64,000 bases of DNA from an uncultured Gammaproteobacteria bacterium (GCA_963748215.1 CAVVHS010000006.1:32001-96000), one strand, 5' to 3'. Counted from the stretch's first letter, positions 48,653 to 59,523 are shown. A program made the numbers and translations. Notes: generated by a model not told the origin, from the sequence alone.

Positions 48653-48820
48653 TTATGCCTCATGGTGAATAGTGAAAAGCCGGAATCCCACGCAGGCCTG
48701 CACACGGTATGTCGGGATTGCCGATCCCCGATAATTTACCACGCCCTATGCTGGCTGTTCAGCCGCATGTCGATGTTCACGGTGATTATTTGGGCTCTTC
48801 CCCAAATCATGTGGGCAGAT

Positions 48821-49098
48821 CTCCTTTACAGGGCCGAATTCATTCGGCCACCAGCTGGTTCGTGAATGGTCGAATGAATTCGACCCTACAGGAGACAAGG
48901 AGGCCATCCTGTCCTGTGACGCATTGCACAGAAGGCGTCTTTCCCTGCACCATCAAGTCTGTTGCATCACCACGGTCACCCGCGGTCGTCATCATTTGCT
49001 TACGGAGACCAGCGCAGCACGTCTGCTCGGATGAAACACCCTTGGTCGAATGAATTCGACCCTATGGTCTGATTGAGCAGGTCCGGATTCATTCGGCC
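48821..49098. repeat. GTAG-type REP palindromes
   Basis: gggccgaattcattcggcc...ggtcgaatgaattcgaccctac (48831-48889); further copies at ~49044-49098. Confidence 0.7.
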
Positions 49099-49171
49099 AA
49101 GCACCTTGCCATCAGAAGCAATGCGTCTCGTCTGAATTGATGTGTTACCCACTCAATCAGGTGAAGGCCCA

Positions 49172-50152
49172 TTATTTGTGTGCCTTGCGCTTGTTCGGGA
49201 CGTGCAAGTCGGCGCGGGCCTGGCGAAAAGGCCGAATCACGGCAGGCGCTTCGCTGACTTCGTTGTTGATGGCCACCATCCACTCGGCATAATCAGGGTC
49301 AAGCCTTATGAGTGTTTGCACGATTTCCTGTTTGTAGGCCGTCTCGATCGGGGCGCTGCGGCCGGGCCAGATCCGGAACTTTACACGTACAAACGGCCGA
49401 CTGGCCGGCAATGAACCCGCTGTGCCGATTTCAGGTTTGCTGCGGATGATGCCCTGGAATTGCTGGACGAATCCCCGGGTGATTGCCTCTATTTTCTCCA
49501 GCATCTGCTGCGCAGTTTCCTGCTGCGATGAAAGGGTGATATCGGCAAAACAGCGAACGTACCCGCGCGGGTAAACAATGACATTGGACAGTGTCCGGTT
49601 GGGAATGAAAACCTGGGCGCCGAGCGGATTGAGCAAGACGGTAAAACGCATCCCGATACTCAGGACAAGCCCGGTCTGGCCCGAGATCTCCACCAGGTCG
49701 CCGATCTGGAATAAATCGGAAAAGATCACTGTCAATCCGGTCACCACATCCTGCACCAGTCCTTGCGAGCCGAAGCCGATGGCCAGTCCCAGGATGGAGG
49801 CACTGGCCAGATAGGCAGTCAGTGATACGCCGAATTCGTGCAGTACCAGCCCGATGGCACCGAAATACAGGGTGAAGACGAGTATGCTGGTTATCAGTCC
49901 TGCCAGGGTACGAAGCTTGGCCCAGCGCATGACCGCATCATTCGTGAGCAGGTGTTGCCCGATGAGACGAACCGCGCGCACCGTCAAATGGGCAATGGCG
50001 GCAATAGCGATTACCAGTACTATGCGTCCTGTTGTACCCAGTCCGGTGAAAGAAAATATGTCTGTTGTCACTGTACCTTGCTCACTGCGCAGGGGACTTC
50101 GGCAATCAAGGAAGTTCTGGTTTAATCGTAAAAAGACAGGTGCCCTGGCCAT
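49172..50152 (-). CDS. MscS family mechanosensitive channel (start uncertain)
   Basis: GLAIGFGSQGLVQDVVTG, FQIGDLVEI, IPNR. Confidence 0.88.
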   Translation of the reverse strand: MARAPVFLRLNQNFLDCRSPLRSEQGTVTTDIFSFTGLGTTGRIVLVIAIAAIAHLTVRAVRLIGQHLLTNDAVMRWAKLRTLAGLITSILVFTLYFGAIGLVLHEFGVSLTAYLASASILGLAIGFGSQGLVQDVVTGLTVIFSDLFQIGDLVEISGQTGLVLSIGMRFTVLLNPLGAQVFIPNRTLSNVIVYPRGYVRCFADITLSSQQETAQQMLEKIEAITRGFVQQFQGIIRSKPEIGTAGSLPASRPFVRVKFRIWPGRSAPIETAYKQEIVQTLIRLDPDYAEWMVAINNEVSEAPAVIRPFRQARADLHVPNKRKAHK

Positions 50153-50440
50153 CCCGGCGCCCTGATTGTGATACTAGCGTGAACTCCCCGCCAAGAACAG
50201 CCAAGGGTTGCGGCACGGTGAAAGTCGCGGCCAGTCTCCCGGGGCCGGCAGGCAGTAACCCGTGGTGCATAGTGCGAGTGCTGTGATGCCGGTGCCCGGT
50301 ACGGCCGGATTCAGCAGCGCCGGCTTCGGTAAGGCTCCTCGAACACCGGCCTGCCCGGTCAGGGTCCGGAGACCCACAGATTTGTGGAACAAGCCAATCG
50401 TTAGCTGTATTTTACGAGGGCGTGATCAAACCCTCCCGTC

Positions 50441-50986
50441 ATGATTGAACAGATACAGGCGCAGGTCTTCCTGAAGTATGGATACATCATTCCTGATGAC
50501 TTCCTGTCCGACATGCCTGCCATGAGTATTGCCGGTGACAACGTCGACCGTGACCGGGAGCGGACACCGCACCGCCGGGATATCAGGGTGATACGCAATT
50601 ACATGATTACCTTCGGGCTGGTGAGTACGGTGTTCGATCTGCTGACATTCGGGGTATTGCTGTATCTGGCCGGTGAGGTGGCAGAGATATTCCGCACCGG
50701 CTGGTGCGTGGAATCATTGCTCACTGAATTGCTCATCCTGTTCGTAATCCGCACTTACAAACCGTTTTATCGAAGCCGGCCAGGCCGGTTTCTGGTCTGG
50801 AGCACATCCGGCGTTGCAGTGCTTGCGCTCCTCCTGCCCAATCTACCCCTTGGTGCCGTGTTCGGTTTCGTTCCCCTGCCTGCCACGATACTGGTTTCCA
50901 TACTGTTCATCACGGTGCTGTACGTGGTAACGACCGAACTGGTTAAACGCGCATTTTTCCGGCACTTCATTATGCATCATGGATAG
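50441..50986 (+). pseudogene. mgtA: C-terminal relic of a Mg-transporting P-type ATPase
   Basis: FLSDMPAMSIAGDNVD, FGLVSTVFDLLTF, FRTGWCVESLLTELL...IRT; all cytoplasmic domains missing. Confidence 0.8.
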
Positions 50987-51971
50987 CGGTATGCCGGGCG
51001 ACGATGAAAAGGTTCTGAAGCCGGCCTGGAAAAGGATCGGGACCTGGTTTGCCGGACTGGTGCTGCTGTCGGGCCTGATTATCGTCGTCAGCCACTTCGG
51101 GGAACTCAGGCGTTTTGTACAGTTGATGCGCCAGGCCGACCCTGCCTGGTTGTTCCTGGTAGTGATCCTGCAAGCAGCGACATATACCTGTGTGGCCACT
51201 GTGTGGAACCTGGCCTTGCGCAAGTCGGGTCTGCATTATTCGATTATTTCCCTGATGCCCGTCAGTGTGGCCAAACTGTTTTCCGACCAGGCGATGCCCA
51301 GTGGCGGTATGAGCGGATCCGCCTTTTTTATCACCGCCCTGAGCAGGCGTGGTGTGCCTGCTCACACGTGCATGGCAATCATGCTGTTGAGTCTGGTGGC
51401 TTTTTACGGCGCCTATCTCCTCGCTGCAGTCCTGACTGTCCTGTTGCTGTGGTTTTACCACGCAATCAATACCTGGAGTATCACTGTCCTGGTCGTTTTC
51501 TGTGTCGTCGCAGTGGGTATTCCGGTCGGTGCCCTGTGGCTGCGCAGCCTGGGAAGGAGGCAACTGCCACCGGTCCTGCTGCGATATTCCGTACTGAGCC
51601 GCTTGAGGGATACGATTGCAAACGCGCCTGATGAGCTGTTGCGCAGCCCTGCGCTGGTCATTGTTTCCATGCTGTTGCATGGCGCTGTTTTTGTCCTGGA
51701 TGCCGCCAGCCTGTGGGTCATTTTGCAGATGGTCGGTGTGCAACTGTCTTTCTGGGTGGCTTTCCCGAGTTTTATCATGGCGTCCATGGTTGCCACGGTC
51801 AGCCCGACCCCCCTCGGGCTTGGCACCTTCGAAGTGACCTGCGTCAGTATGCTCGGGGTGCTCGGAATACCGATCGAGGCGGCACTGACGGCAACGATAT
51901 TGCTGCGCGGTTTTACCCTCTGGTTGCCTATGCTGCCCGGTATGTGGCTGGTGAGGCGCGCACTGCGTTAA
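50979..51971 (+). CDS. LPG synthase TM/UPF0104 membrane protein
   Basis: DQAMPSGGMSG, PTPLGLGTFE, LLRGFTLWLP. Confidence 0.85.
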   Translation: MDSGMPGDDEKVLKPAWKRIGTWFAGLVLLSGLIIVVSHFGELRRFVQLMRQADPAWLFLVVILQAATYTCVATVWNLALRKSGLHYSIISLMPVSVAKLFSDQAMPSGGMSGSAFFITALSRRGVPAHTCMAIMLLSLVAFYGAYLLAAVLTVLLLWFYHAINTWSITVLVVFCVVAVGIPVGALWLRSLGRRQLPPVLLRYSVLSRLRDTIANAPDELLRSPALVIVSMLLHGAVFVLDAASLWVILQMVGVQLSFWVAFPSFIMASMVATVSPTPLGLGTFEVTCVSMLGVLGIPIEAALTATILLRGFTLWLPMLPGMWLVRRALR

Positions 51972-52090
51972 CGGGTCTGGTACCACTGCTGTGCCGTATC
52001 ATCATCAGGAAAGTTTATTGAATGCGGCTAATCCAGTGATTGGATGGTGTTGTGCGATACATGGACATGAAAATGCAGAACAACAATGAT

Positions 52091-52176
52091 GTCATACCCG
52101 CGCAGGCGGGTATCCAGTCAGTCACTGATGAGCAGGGGCACAAATAATCCTGGATTCCCGCCTGCGCGGGAATGAC
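52091..52176. repeat. Inverted pair of GTCAT(T/A)CCCGC palindromic repeats
   Basis: gtcatacccgcgcaggcgggtatccag...ctggattcccgcctgcgcgggaatgac between convergent genes. Confidence 0.75.
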
Positions 52177-52279
52177 GGCTATGTGGGTCAGCAGTGGGGC
52201 CGGATACATTTTTGTATTGGTATGAGCAATTAATGTGCCCGGCCCTTTTATTGATTGACTGCGCTGTGATATCGCGGGA

Positions 52280-53521
52280 TTAACCATTTTCCAGAGACGC
52301 CTGCAACTCCATCCTGGTGTCATCATCATGCTTGCCCATCGGCACGATGAGTAGTTTTCCGGCGATAATCCGTGTGCTCTCCAGCTGATTGTTCCGGCGC
52401 AGCCGGGCGACTGTCGTCTGGCTGTTCTGCGCTATGGCGCTTAATGTATCACCCTGACGAACCCGGTACTTGACCGACTGTACGCGCTGGTCCGCGGTCA
52501 GTCGCGCGAGCCCTTCGCGGAAGCGTTGTTCACGTGCCGTGGGAATAAGCAAGGTGTGCGGCCTGGCGGGCGGTGTGATTGACCGGGTAAGGCCCGGGTT
52601 GAGGCGCTGCAGTTCGTTCATGGAGGACCCGGTCAGTCGTGCGGCAACCTGCAGATCAAGTTGTCCGCCGGTATCAACAGATGTGAAGTAATGGGTGTTG
52701 GCGATGGCCGGCAGTGTGATGTTGGAGGCCTCGGGGTTGGAGATGATGGCCTTCAGTGCGATCAGTTTCGGCACATAACCACGGGTCTCCTCAGGCAGCG
52801 GCAGGTGCCAGAAATCGACCGGTTTGCCCTGGCTGCGATTGAGGCGGATGGCCTTGTTTACCCGTGCGCGGCCTGCGTTGTATGCCCCCAGGGCCAGGAG
52901 CCAGTCACCGTCGAAGTATTGATGTAGCTCGCTCAGGTAATCCAGGGCTGCTTCGGTTGCTGCGACGATGTTCCGGCGGTCGTCAACCCACCAGTCCTGG
53001 CGCAGTCCGACATGTTTGGCCGTAGCCGGCATGAACTGCCAGATACCCACTGCCCCGGCAGGTGAGCGGGCATAGGGATCAAAGGCGCTTTCAATGACCG
53101 GCAGCAAGGCGAGTTCCGCGGGCAAACCGCGTTCCTCCACGCGACCGAGGATATAAAAGAGGTAGGGTTCACCACGCTGCAATATATGCTCGATATGACG
53201 GGGGTGATTGTGGAAGGTATCGATATGGGCTTGCACAGACGGCATGGTCTGTTGCGGAAAGTTGAACCCGGTGCGCAACCGCTCCCAGATATCAATGGCC
53301 TCGGCCGTGCCGGTAAGTGTCTCTTCCGCTGGCAAGTTATCCCCGACGGTTTTCAGGTGAGTGATTTCCGGCTGAAGGGAAGCGGGTGCAAGCAGGGTAT
53401 CCAGCGCTCGCTCCCGGTCGCTGTTGATCAGGGGAGTGTCCGGTGAAATATGATGGTGTGCGGTCAGCGTAGTGGCGGCCACTGCAAGCGCCGGGACCCA
53501 TAACGCATGTATTAGTGTCAT
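52280..53521 (-). CDS. mltD: Lytic transglycosylase with LysM, MltD-like
   Basis: LPVIESAF, AVGIWQFMP, AYNAG, ETRGYVPKL; LysM YRVRQGDTLS. Confidence 0.88.
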   Translation of the reverse strand: MTLIHALWVPALAVAATTLTAHHHISPDTPLINSDRERALDTLLAPASLQPEITHLKTVGDNLPAEETLTGTAEAIDIWERLRTGFNFPQQTMPSVQAHIDTFHNHPRHIEHILQRGEPYLFYILGRVEERGLPAELALLPVIESAFDPYARSPAGAVGIWQFMPATAKHVGLRQDWWVDDRRNIVAATEAALDYLSELHQYFDGDWLLALGAYNAGRARVNKAIRLNRSQGKPVDFWHLPLPEETRGYVPKLIALKAIISNPEASNITLPAIANTHYFTSVDTGGQLDLQVAARLTGSSMNELQRLNPGLTRSITPPARPHTLLIPTAREQRFREGLARLTADQRVQSVKYRVRQGDTLSAIAQNSQTTVARLRRNNQLESTRIIAGKLLIVPMGKHDDDTRMELQASLENG

Positions 53522-54126
53522 TGTTGTGCAACTCCAGAATTTATTGTTGTTTCAGTTTTCCCTCTCTGGTGCGCAACCTCCGCCTGTGCTGCAGAGGTTT
53601 TTCCTTATTTCCTGTCTAATATAGATGCTATACGGCGGAAAGGTAGGGATGAATGGTACTTTGGTACAAGGAGACTATCCGCAAGCCGCTGTATCTGTAT
53701 GAGTTGCGATGTGAAACGAATGAATTAACAAGGATTTGTCTAAATGGATCCGCCGCAGAATTTGTGCGTGTCCGGATGGGCTATTGCTCTTGCTGAATCG
53801 TCATGCGCGCGAATGAATTATTGATATTCCTGAAACGTTTCAATTACAAATCCGTGAAACGCCCAATAAGTCAGAATTGCGGCCGGAATTCACTGCTCGT
53901 TCACGATGCGTCAAGAGATTGGCCAGGTGAGGCCTCTCGGAAGTTCAAGGCAGCTCCAAGCCATCGTTTCCAGATGACAATTCCGAATTCGCGACACTCA
54001 CGCTCCGAAGGCGATCCAGGGACTCATCCCTGTAATCGAAGTTGCTTCTTTCCGGGCTGAAGCTGTAAATCAACTCGCGTCGTATCTAACCTTGACTGGC
54101 AGCGTATAAGACATATACCTGACGCT

Positions 54127-54318
54127 ATGGCGAATTATGAATCGTCCGGTCTGGACCGGGTATTCATGGCGTTGTCAGATCCAGTTCGATGTGCGATCTT
54201 GCAATGCCTGTCCGAGTGCGATGACCGGGTGTCCGAACTGGCCGCACCCTTCGATATCTCGTTGGCGGCAATCTCTAGGCACCGTGATGGGTTGGAGCAT
54301 GTGGGGCTATTCGGATGA
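54127..54318 (+). pseudogene. Truncated ArsR-family regulator
   Basis: LDRVFMALSDPVR...VSELAAPFDISLAAISRH, then premature end. Confidence 0.7.
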
Positions 54319-54425
54319 GAAGATGATGCACTACTGTGCCATGAAGAACCGACCCAATCTGTCCATGGATAACAGCACCGATGACAGTATCCATTTTAAA
54401 TATTTCGAGAGTGAAGGTTTCAATG

Positions 54426-54680
54426 TTAAGGAACCTCTGATTAATTCGTCATGCCGGCGAAAGCCGGCATCCAGGCCATTTAAAAACACTGGATCCCGGC
54501 ATGCGCCGGGATGACGATGAGTGAATTCATCAGGGGTCCCTAATATTAAAGAAAATCGTGCTCTCACCCCGTTTATTCCAGGCCCGTCATGCCGGCGAAA
54601 GCCGGCATCCAGGCTGATGAAAACACCGGATCCCGGCATGCGCCGGGATGATATGAGTGAATTAATCAGAGGTTCCTTAA
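54426..54680. mobile_element. Composite MITE (two units) with IS5-like TIRs and TTAA flanks
   Basis: Perfect inverted ends ttaaggaacctctgattaattc / gaattaatcagaggttccttaa. Confidence 0.75.
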
Positions 54681-54828
54681 CAAGGATGCGCACGTGCATG
54701 AGCTCACCATTCGATTTATTGATGAGGACAAAATCGAGCAGGACCGGGTTCTCTACCGGGACGGCAAGCCCGTGGATACCAAACGTATCGCGTTAGAGCG
54801 TATTTAATCACAACCGGAGGAATTCGTT

Positions 54829-55143
54829 ATGTCCAGATACCTGTTTGTTTATCATGGTGGCAAGCAACCTGAAACACAGGATGACATAGACCGTGTGATG
54901 AAGGCCTGGAGTGACTGGTTTTCCGATATGGGCAGTGCCGTTGTAGATGGCGGTGCACCAGTCGGGATTTCATCGACAGTCAATGCCGACGGCAGTGTCA
55001 CAGACAATGGCGGCGCCAATCCTGCCGGTGGTTACAGCATCATTGCCGCAAATAATCTGGCTGACATACATGCCATGGCAAGGGGTTGCCCTATTCTGAT
55101 TGATGGCGGCAGCATTGAGATCGCCGAAATCATGCAAATGTGA
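54829..55143 (+). CDS. YciI/DGPF family protein
   Basis: GGAGG RBS; YLFVYHGG...WSDWF...GGYSII...ARGCP...GSIEI. Confidence 0.85.
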   Translation: MSRYLFVYHGGKQPETQDDIDRVMKAWSDWFSDMGSAVVDGGAPVGISSTVNADGSVTDNGGANPAGGYSIIAANNLADIHAMARGCPILIDGGSIEIAEIMQM

Positions 55144-55240
55144 TGTATGCAGCGAGGCTTGAATCTCCCTGGCAGGAACAGCGCCGCCCCGGTTTGCGGT
55201 AGCCAGTCACCTCACACCGCCTCCATTTCGTGTGCTGTGC

Positions 55241-56098
55241 TTATTCCTGCGTAGCCGGTCTGGCATGCCTTCCCAGAAAGGCGGCAATGTCGTTCATAAC
55301 GTCGTAACGACTGCGGTAAGGGATTGAAAGTGCAGCGAGAATAGTGGCGTGATTGACCCCGTTGTAAACGTGTGGCTCGACCACCCCGCCTTTTTGCTGC
55401 ACGATTTCAGTCATATTGACGATATTGCGCATATAGACTTTCTTGTCCTGATTGCCATAGAGCAGCAACAATGGTGGTTCGCTGCCATCGACAAAATGGC
55501 TGGGCTGGGACTCGGGGTAGTCCATGTCGGCAAAGAGTGCTGACATGTAGGGCTTGTCGAAAATAAAATCATACGGTGCGGCAAGACCAATGAAGCCAAG
55601 AATGTTTTGATGCAATTCCACGCCGAGATAACGCTCATTCACGGTCAACATGGCGGCAATATGTCCGCCGGCGGAATGCCCCATCAGGAAAAGCTGCTCC
55701 GCGGTGCCGCCAAATCGTGCGATATTTCTGCTGACCCACGCCACCACTGCTGCACTGTCTTCCATTATTTGCGGAAACAATACTTCCGGATAACGGCGAT
55801 AGTCAGGAATCACCACCAGATATCCCCTTGCGGTCAGGGCCTGGGCAACAAATCGATAGGATTCCCGGGTATACGTGGTACAGGCACCCCAGCAGCCGCC
55901 ATAGAAAAAAATGACCGTGCCTTTCACTTTTCCCCTGGGCTGATAGATGTCCAGCTTGTTGAGTGTATGTGTGCCGTAAGGCTGGTTTCCCGTCAGGGTG
56001 TAGTCATCAAAACGTGCCAGGGTGTTGGCTACCATCAATGCGGAACTAGAGCAGGCGATGAGGAGCGGTGCAAGCACGGCAAGCAGGAGTGTTTTCAT
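55241..56098 (-). CDS. Alpha/beta hydrolase (esterase/lipase) lipoprotein
   Basis: LIAC lipobox; FFYGGCW, PDYRRYP, GHSAG. Confidence 0.9.
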   Translation of the reverse strand: MKTLLLAVLAPLLIACSSSALMVANTLARFDDYTLTGNQPYGTHTLNKLDIYQPRGKVKGTVIFFYGGCWGACTTYTRESYRFVAQALTARGYLVVIPDYRRYPEVLFPQIMEDSAAVVAWVSRNIARFGGTAEQLFLMGHSAGGHIAAMLTVNERYLGVELHQNILGFIGLAAPYDFIFDKPYMSALFADMDYPESQPSHFVDGSEPPLLLLYGNQDKKVYMRNIVNMTEIVQQKGGVVEPHVYNGVNHATILAALSIPYRSRYDVMNDIAAFLGRHARPATQE

Positions 56099-56547
56099 CA
56101 GTCTTCCGGTAATGATTCCAGTACGAACCGCGCGACGCACAATACGCTACAGGTCATGGATTATATACGGGTACCCACGCCTGGCAGGTGGCAGACACTG
56201 ATTTTAGAGTCATCGATAGGGGATCGGTAAATCCTGCCCCGCCTTCAGGCGATGACTCACTCCATGGTGCATGGAGTGAGTCGTGCATCATGAAATATGA
56301 ATACCGGCTGTGATGATGAATAGCCACGGTAGCGCATGGAATATCACGGATAGTAACGCTGCATACCGTCTGCTTGCTGGAGGTGTCGCAAAAGGTGTTT
56401 GTATTATCGCAGGGTGTGCTGTGTGCGCCGTTACCGGTGCGTGAAACGCACCCTGTATTCTATTCCCGCTCCCCGGCGTTCACCTGAGGAGGCGGGTTAA
56501 ATCGGCCGTATGGACGATCGATCCGGCTTTAGCCGGTGGAGTATTCG

Positions 56548-57009
56548 CTATTCACGTTGCATGTTCTGCACCGCAGGGGGTTCTGCTTCCTGGTTGCGAT
56601 AGTCGCTACATTCCTCGATAGCCTCAATAAAATTCAGGCGCGTTACCCCGGTCACCAATTCCGCCTGGTAGCCTTCTGACCATGAGAGTAATGGCTGTAC
56701 CTCAGCGCGCCATTCTTCAGCATCACCGCCGGCATAGAGCAGCACAACGTAGGGTTTGTGACACCCGGTAAAATGCAGGAAGCGCAGGCGCGGATTTGTC
56801 AGTTCCCTGACCCGGTTCGGGAGTCCTCCCCTGGCATTGATCTCGACTTGGGGGCAAATCACCATGACGAAACGGTTGGGCAGTTCACCACAGGAGTGAC
56901 GCCAGCGGTCAAGTACCGCGGGGATGAGCCCGGGGATCGAGGCTGCACTCCAGCTTTGGACGTAGGGTGGTATCCCCTCGATTTCCAACCGCTCCCTAAT
57001 CGGTTCCAT
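56548..57009 (-). CDS. Hypothetical protein divergent from the Lrp regulator
   Basis: GGGAG RBS; 153-aa ORF; no family recognised. Confidence 0.65.
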   Translation of the reverse strand: MEPIRERLEIEGIPPYVQSWSAASIPGLIPAVLDRWRHSCGELPNRFVMVICPQVEINARGGLPNRVRELTNPRLRFLHFTGCHKPYVVLLYAGGDAEEWRAEVQPLLSWSEGYQAELVTGVTRLNFIEAIEECSDYRNQEAEPPAVQNMQRE

Positions 57010-57173
57010 GTTTTACTCCCGGCTGTTTGCTGGCTCGCTGATGGACAATTCCAGTCTAGAATAAAATTACTTTAAAATTGCCTAAAGTAGAAAAATAATA
57101 ATAAAATTACGCCGTAAAGCGGCTAAAATAGAAAAACAAACCTGTTTGGTTGAATTTATCAGGAAAATAACCC

Positions 57174-57635
57174 ATGGATGCAGTTGATCGGAAAATACTG
57201 GACCTGCTGCAGACCGATGCCAGCCTGACCGTCAAGCAGATTGCCGGGCAGATCCCCTTGTCGGTCACGCCGTGCTGGAAACGTATCCAGAAACTCGAGG
57301 CGCAGGGTTTCATCCGTGCGCGGGTTGCGCTCCTTGACCCCGAAAAAGTCAATGCGAATGTCACCGTCTTTGTTGCCATCAAGACCGATCAGCACACCAG
57401 GGAATGGATCGACCGCTTCTCCCGGGCTGTCAGCGATATGCCCGAGGTCATGGAGATCTATCGCATGAGTGGGGAAATCGATTATCTGCTGAAGGTTGTT
57501 GTCAGCAGCATCGAGGCCTATGACCTGTTCTACAAGAATCTGGTTGACCGCATTGAGCTATCCAATGTCACATCCAGTTTCGCGATGGAACGGATTAAAT
57601 ACACCACTGCACTGCCGATCAATGTAGAGCGCTAA
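57174..57635 (+). CDS. Lrp/AsnC transcriptional regulator (DecR/YbaO-like)
   Basis: DRKILDLLQ, LSVTPCWKRIQKLE, YRMSGEIDYLLKV, SSFAMERIKYTTALP. Confidence 0.93.
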   Translation: MDAVDRKILDLLQTDASLTVKQIAGQIPLSVTPCWKRIQKLEAQGFIRARVALLDPEKVNANVTVFVAIKTDQHTREWIDRFSRAVSDMPEVMEIYRMSGEIDYLLKVVVSSIEAYDLFYKNLVDRIELSNVTSSFAMERIKYTTALPINVER

Positions 57636-58135
57636 CCCGCCTGTTGCACCAGGCTGGTGGAGGGAATGACTGCAGTCCAATCGCCAGCATTGTATGACCA
57701 CACGTCGTAGCCGGAACTGCATACCATCAGCTCGTGAGGTAGTAGACAGGCACAAAGAGAATCCACGTTCGACAATGTTTAGCTAGGGCAGGTCAGATAC
57801 CCGCTGCGTAAAATACATTGTTCTATAATCCTTGTTTGGAATGGCAACCCCCGGAGTGGTCGACTGACCCGACAGGGGCAATACTTCCCGTTAACTGTCG
57901 TACAAGGAAAGGCCATGGGCATTTCCCGCGCTGGTCGAAGTTGAGGATGTCGAAGCTGTCCGCGAGTGGACTATCGAAGATGTTCGGCTTGCTGCGCAGA
58001 TCGCCCCCCCCACGCCACCGAGTAACAGGACTGCGCAGCCTGTTCCCATGCTCTGGTAGTGATTGTTGATATCAGATGTTCAGGTATGGGGCATGTTTTC
58101 TTCCATCGGCAGGAGTTAAATCCGATTGTCCCTGA

Positions 58136-58999
58136 TCAGGATTTTCCCCGGCCGGGATTATTGCCGCTGTATAAGCTCTCGGCGTGGTAGGCGAGATGCT
58201 CGCCGATGAAGGTGGCGACGAAATGATAACTGTGATCATAGTCCGGCTGCATGCGCAGGGTCAGCGGGAAATTGTGCGCCTTGCAGGCGGCCTCCAGGTT
58301 TTGCGGATAGAGTTGCTTGGCCAGAAACTCGTCACCGGTGCCGCTGTCGATGAGCAGCGGTATCGGTAGCGCACCTGCGGCAACCAGCGCGGTCGCATCA
58401 TAAGCCTGCCAGGCTTCCTGATCCTCTCCGAGATAGGCTTCGAAGCAACCCTGTCCCCAGCCGCTGACCATGGGGTTGCAGATGGGGGCAAAGGCCGAAA
58501 CAGATCGATAGGCTCCCGGATTTTTCAGGGCGCAGATCAATGCGCCATGACCGCCCATGGAGTGGCCGCTGATGGACTTGATGCCCGGCTGGACAGGGAG
58601 CTCGCGCTCGATCAGTGCCGGCAGCTCGCGGGTGACGTAGTCGTACATCCGGTAGTGCGCTGACCACGGTGCCCGGGTGGCGTTTACGTAGAATCCCGCC
58701 CCCTTGCCGAGGTCGTAGCGGTTTTGTCCATCCGCTACATCGGTGCCGCGCGGGCTGGTGTCGGGGAACACGAGTGCAATCCCCAGTTCGGCAGCATAGC
58801 GCTGCATGCCACCTTTGGTCCGCGCGTTGTCGTCGGTGCAGGTGAGACCGGACAGCCAGTACACCACCGGGACCCGTGCACTGGCTGCCTGGGGTGGCAG
58901 GTAGATGGAGAACCGCATGGTACAGTTGCAGGTTCCGGAGTCATGCGTGTAGCGGTTGAGCCAGCCACCGAATTCCCTGATATGTTCGATCTGCTGCAT
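58136..58999 (-). CDS. fghA: S-formylglutathione hydrolase
   Basis: YWLSGLTCT, PDTSPRG, GAGFYVNAT, GHSMGGHGA, YDHSYHF. Confidence 0.95.
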   Translation of the reverse strand: MQQIEHIREFGGWLNRYTHDSGTCNCTMRFSIYLPPQAASARVPVVYWLSGLTCTDDNARTKGGMQRYAAELGIALVFPDTSPRGTDVADGQNRYDLGKGAGFYVNATRAPWSAHYRMYDYVTRELPALIERELPVQPGIKSISGHSMGGHGALICALKNPGAYRSVSAFAPICNPMVSGWGQGCFEAYLGEDQEAWQAYDATALVAAGALPIPLLIDSGTGDEFLAKQLYPQNLEAACKAHNFPLTLRMQPDYDHSYHFVATFIGEHLAYHAESLYSGNNPGRGKS

Positions 59000-59220
59000 A
59001 ACTAGGCTCCTCGGAGAATATTCGCGGCGTGAACGGGTTTGCCTTTATGTACGGGCCTGGAGGTACGTTTGATGTGAGTTTCCCGCAGTTTGTGGCGCGG
59101 CTCCTGGCCGCTGCGCAGCGGCGTATCTTTATTACAGCACTGGATCAGGGCAGATCGTCGAGCAGGCTCCTGTGCGGGGTATAATCGGAACCTGTTGCTG
59201 ATCTGAGTGGAATACCGTCC

Positions 59221-59523
59221 ATGCACGCAATTGTCGGTTTTACCCTGGTACCCATCGATGCGGGGATTTCGGTCTCGCCCTATGTCGCGGCCATTGAGCA
59301 GGTGCTCGAGGAATCGGGCCTGACCTTTGAGGTCAACTGCAACAGCACCAACGTGGAAGGGGAGTGGGAAGACGTGTTTGCCGCCATCAAACGCTGTCAC
59401 GAGGTGGTCCACGGTGCGGGCGCACCCCGAATCCACACCTGCCTTCAGGTGGGCACGCGGGTAGACCGTGAACAGCGCATGGCCGAAAAACTCGAAAGCG
59501 TGGAAAGACGGCGCCACCGGTAA
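59221..59523 (+). CDS. MTH1187/thiamine-binding family protein
   Basis: LVPI...SVSPYVA...TNVEGEWEDV...GTRVDR. Confidence 0.9.
   Translation: MHAIVGFTLVPIDAGISVSPYVAAIEQVLEESGLTFEVNCNSTNVEGEWEDVFAAIKRCHEVVHGAGAPRIHTCLQVGTRVDREQRMAEKLESVERRRHR

Noticed and set aside
56410-56456. Degenerate REP-like pair (ggtgcgtgaaacgcaccctg)
   Set aside because: Ordinary intergenic palindrome, too weak to add anything.
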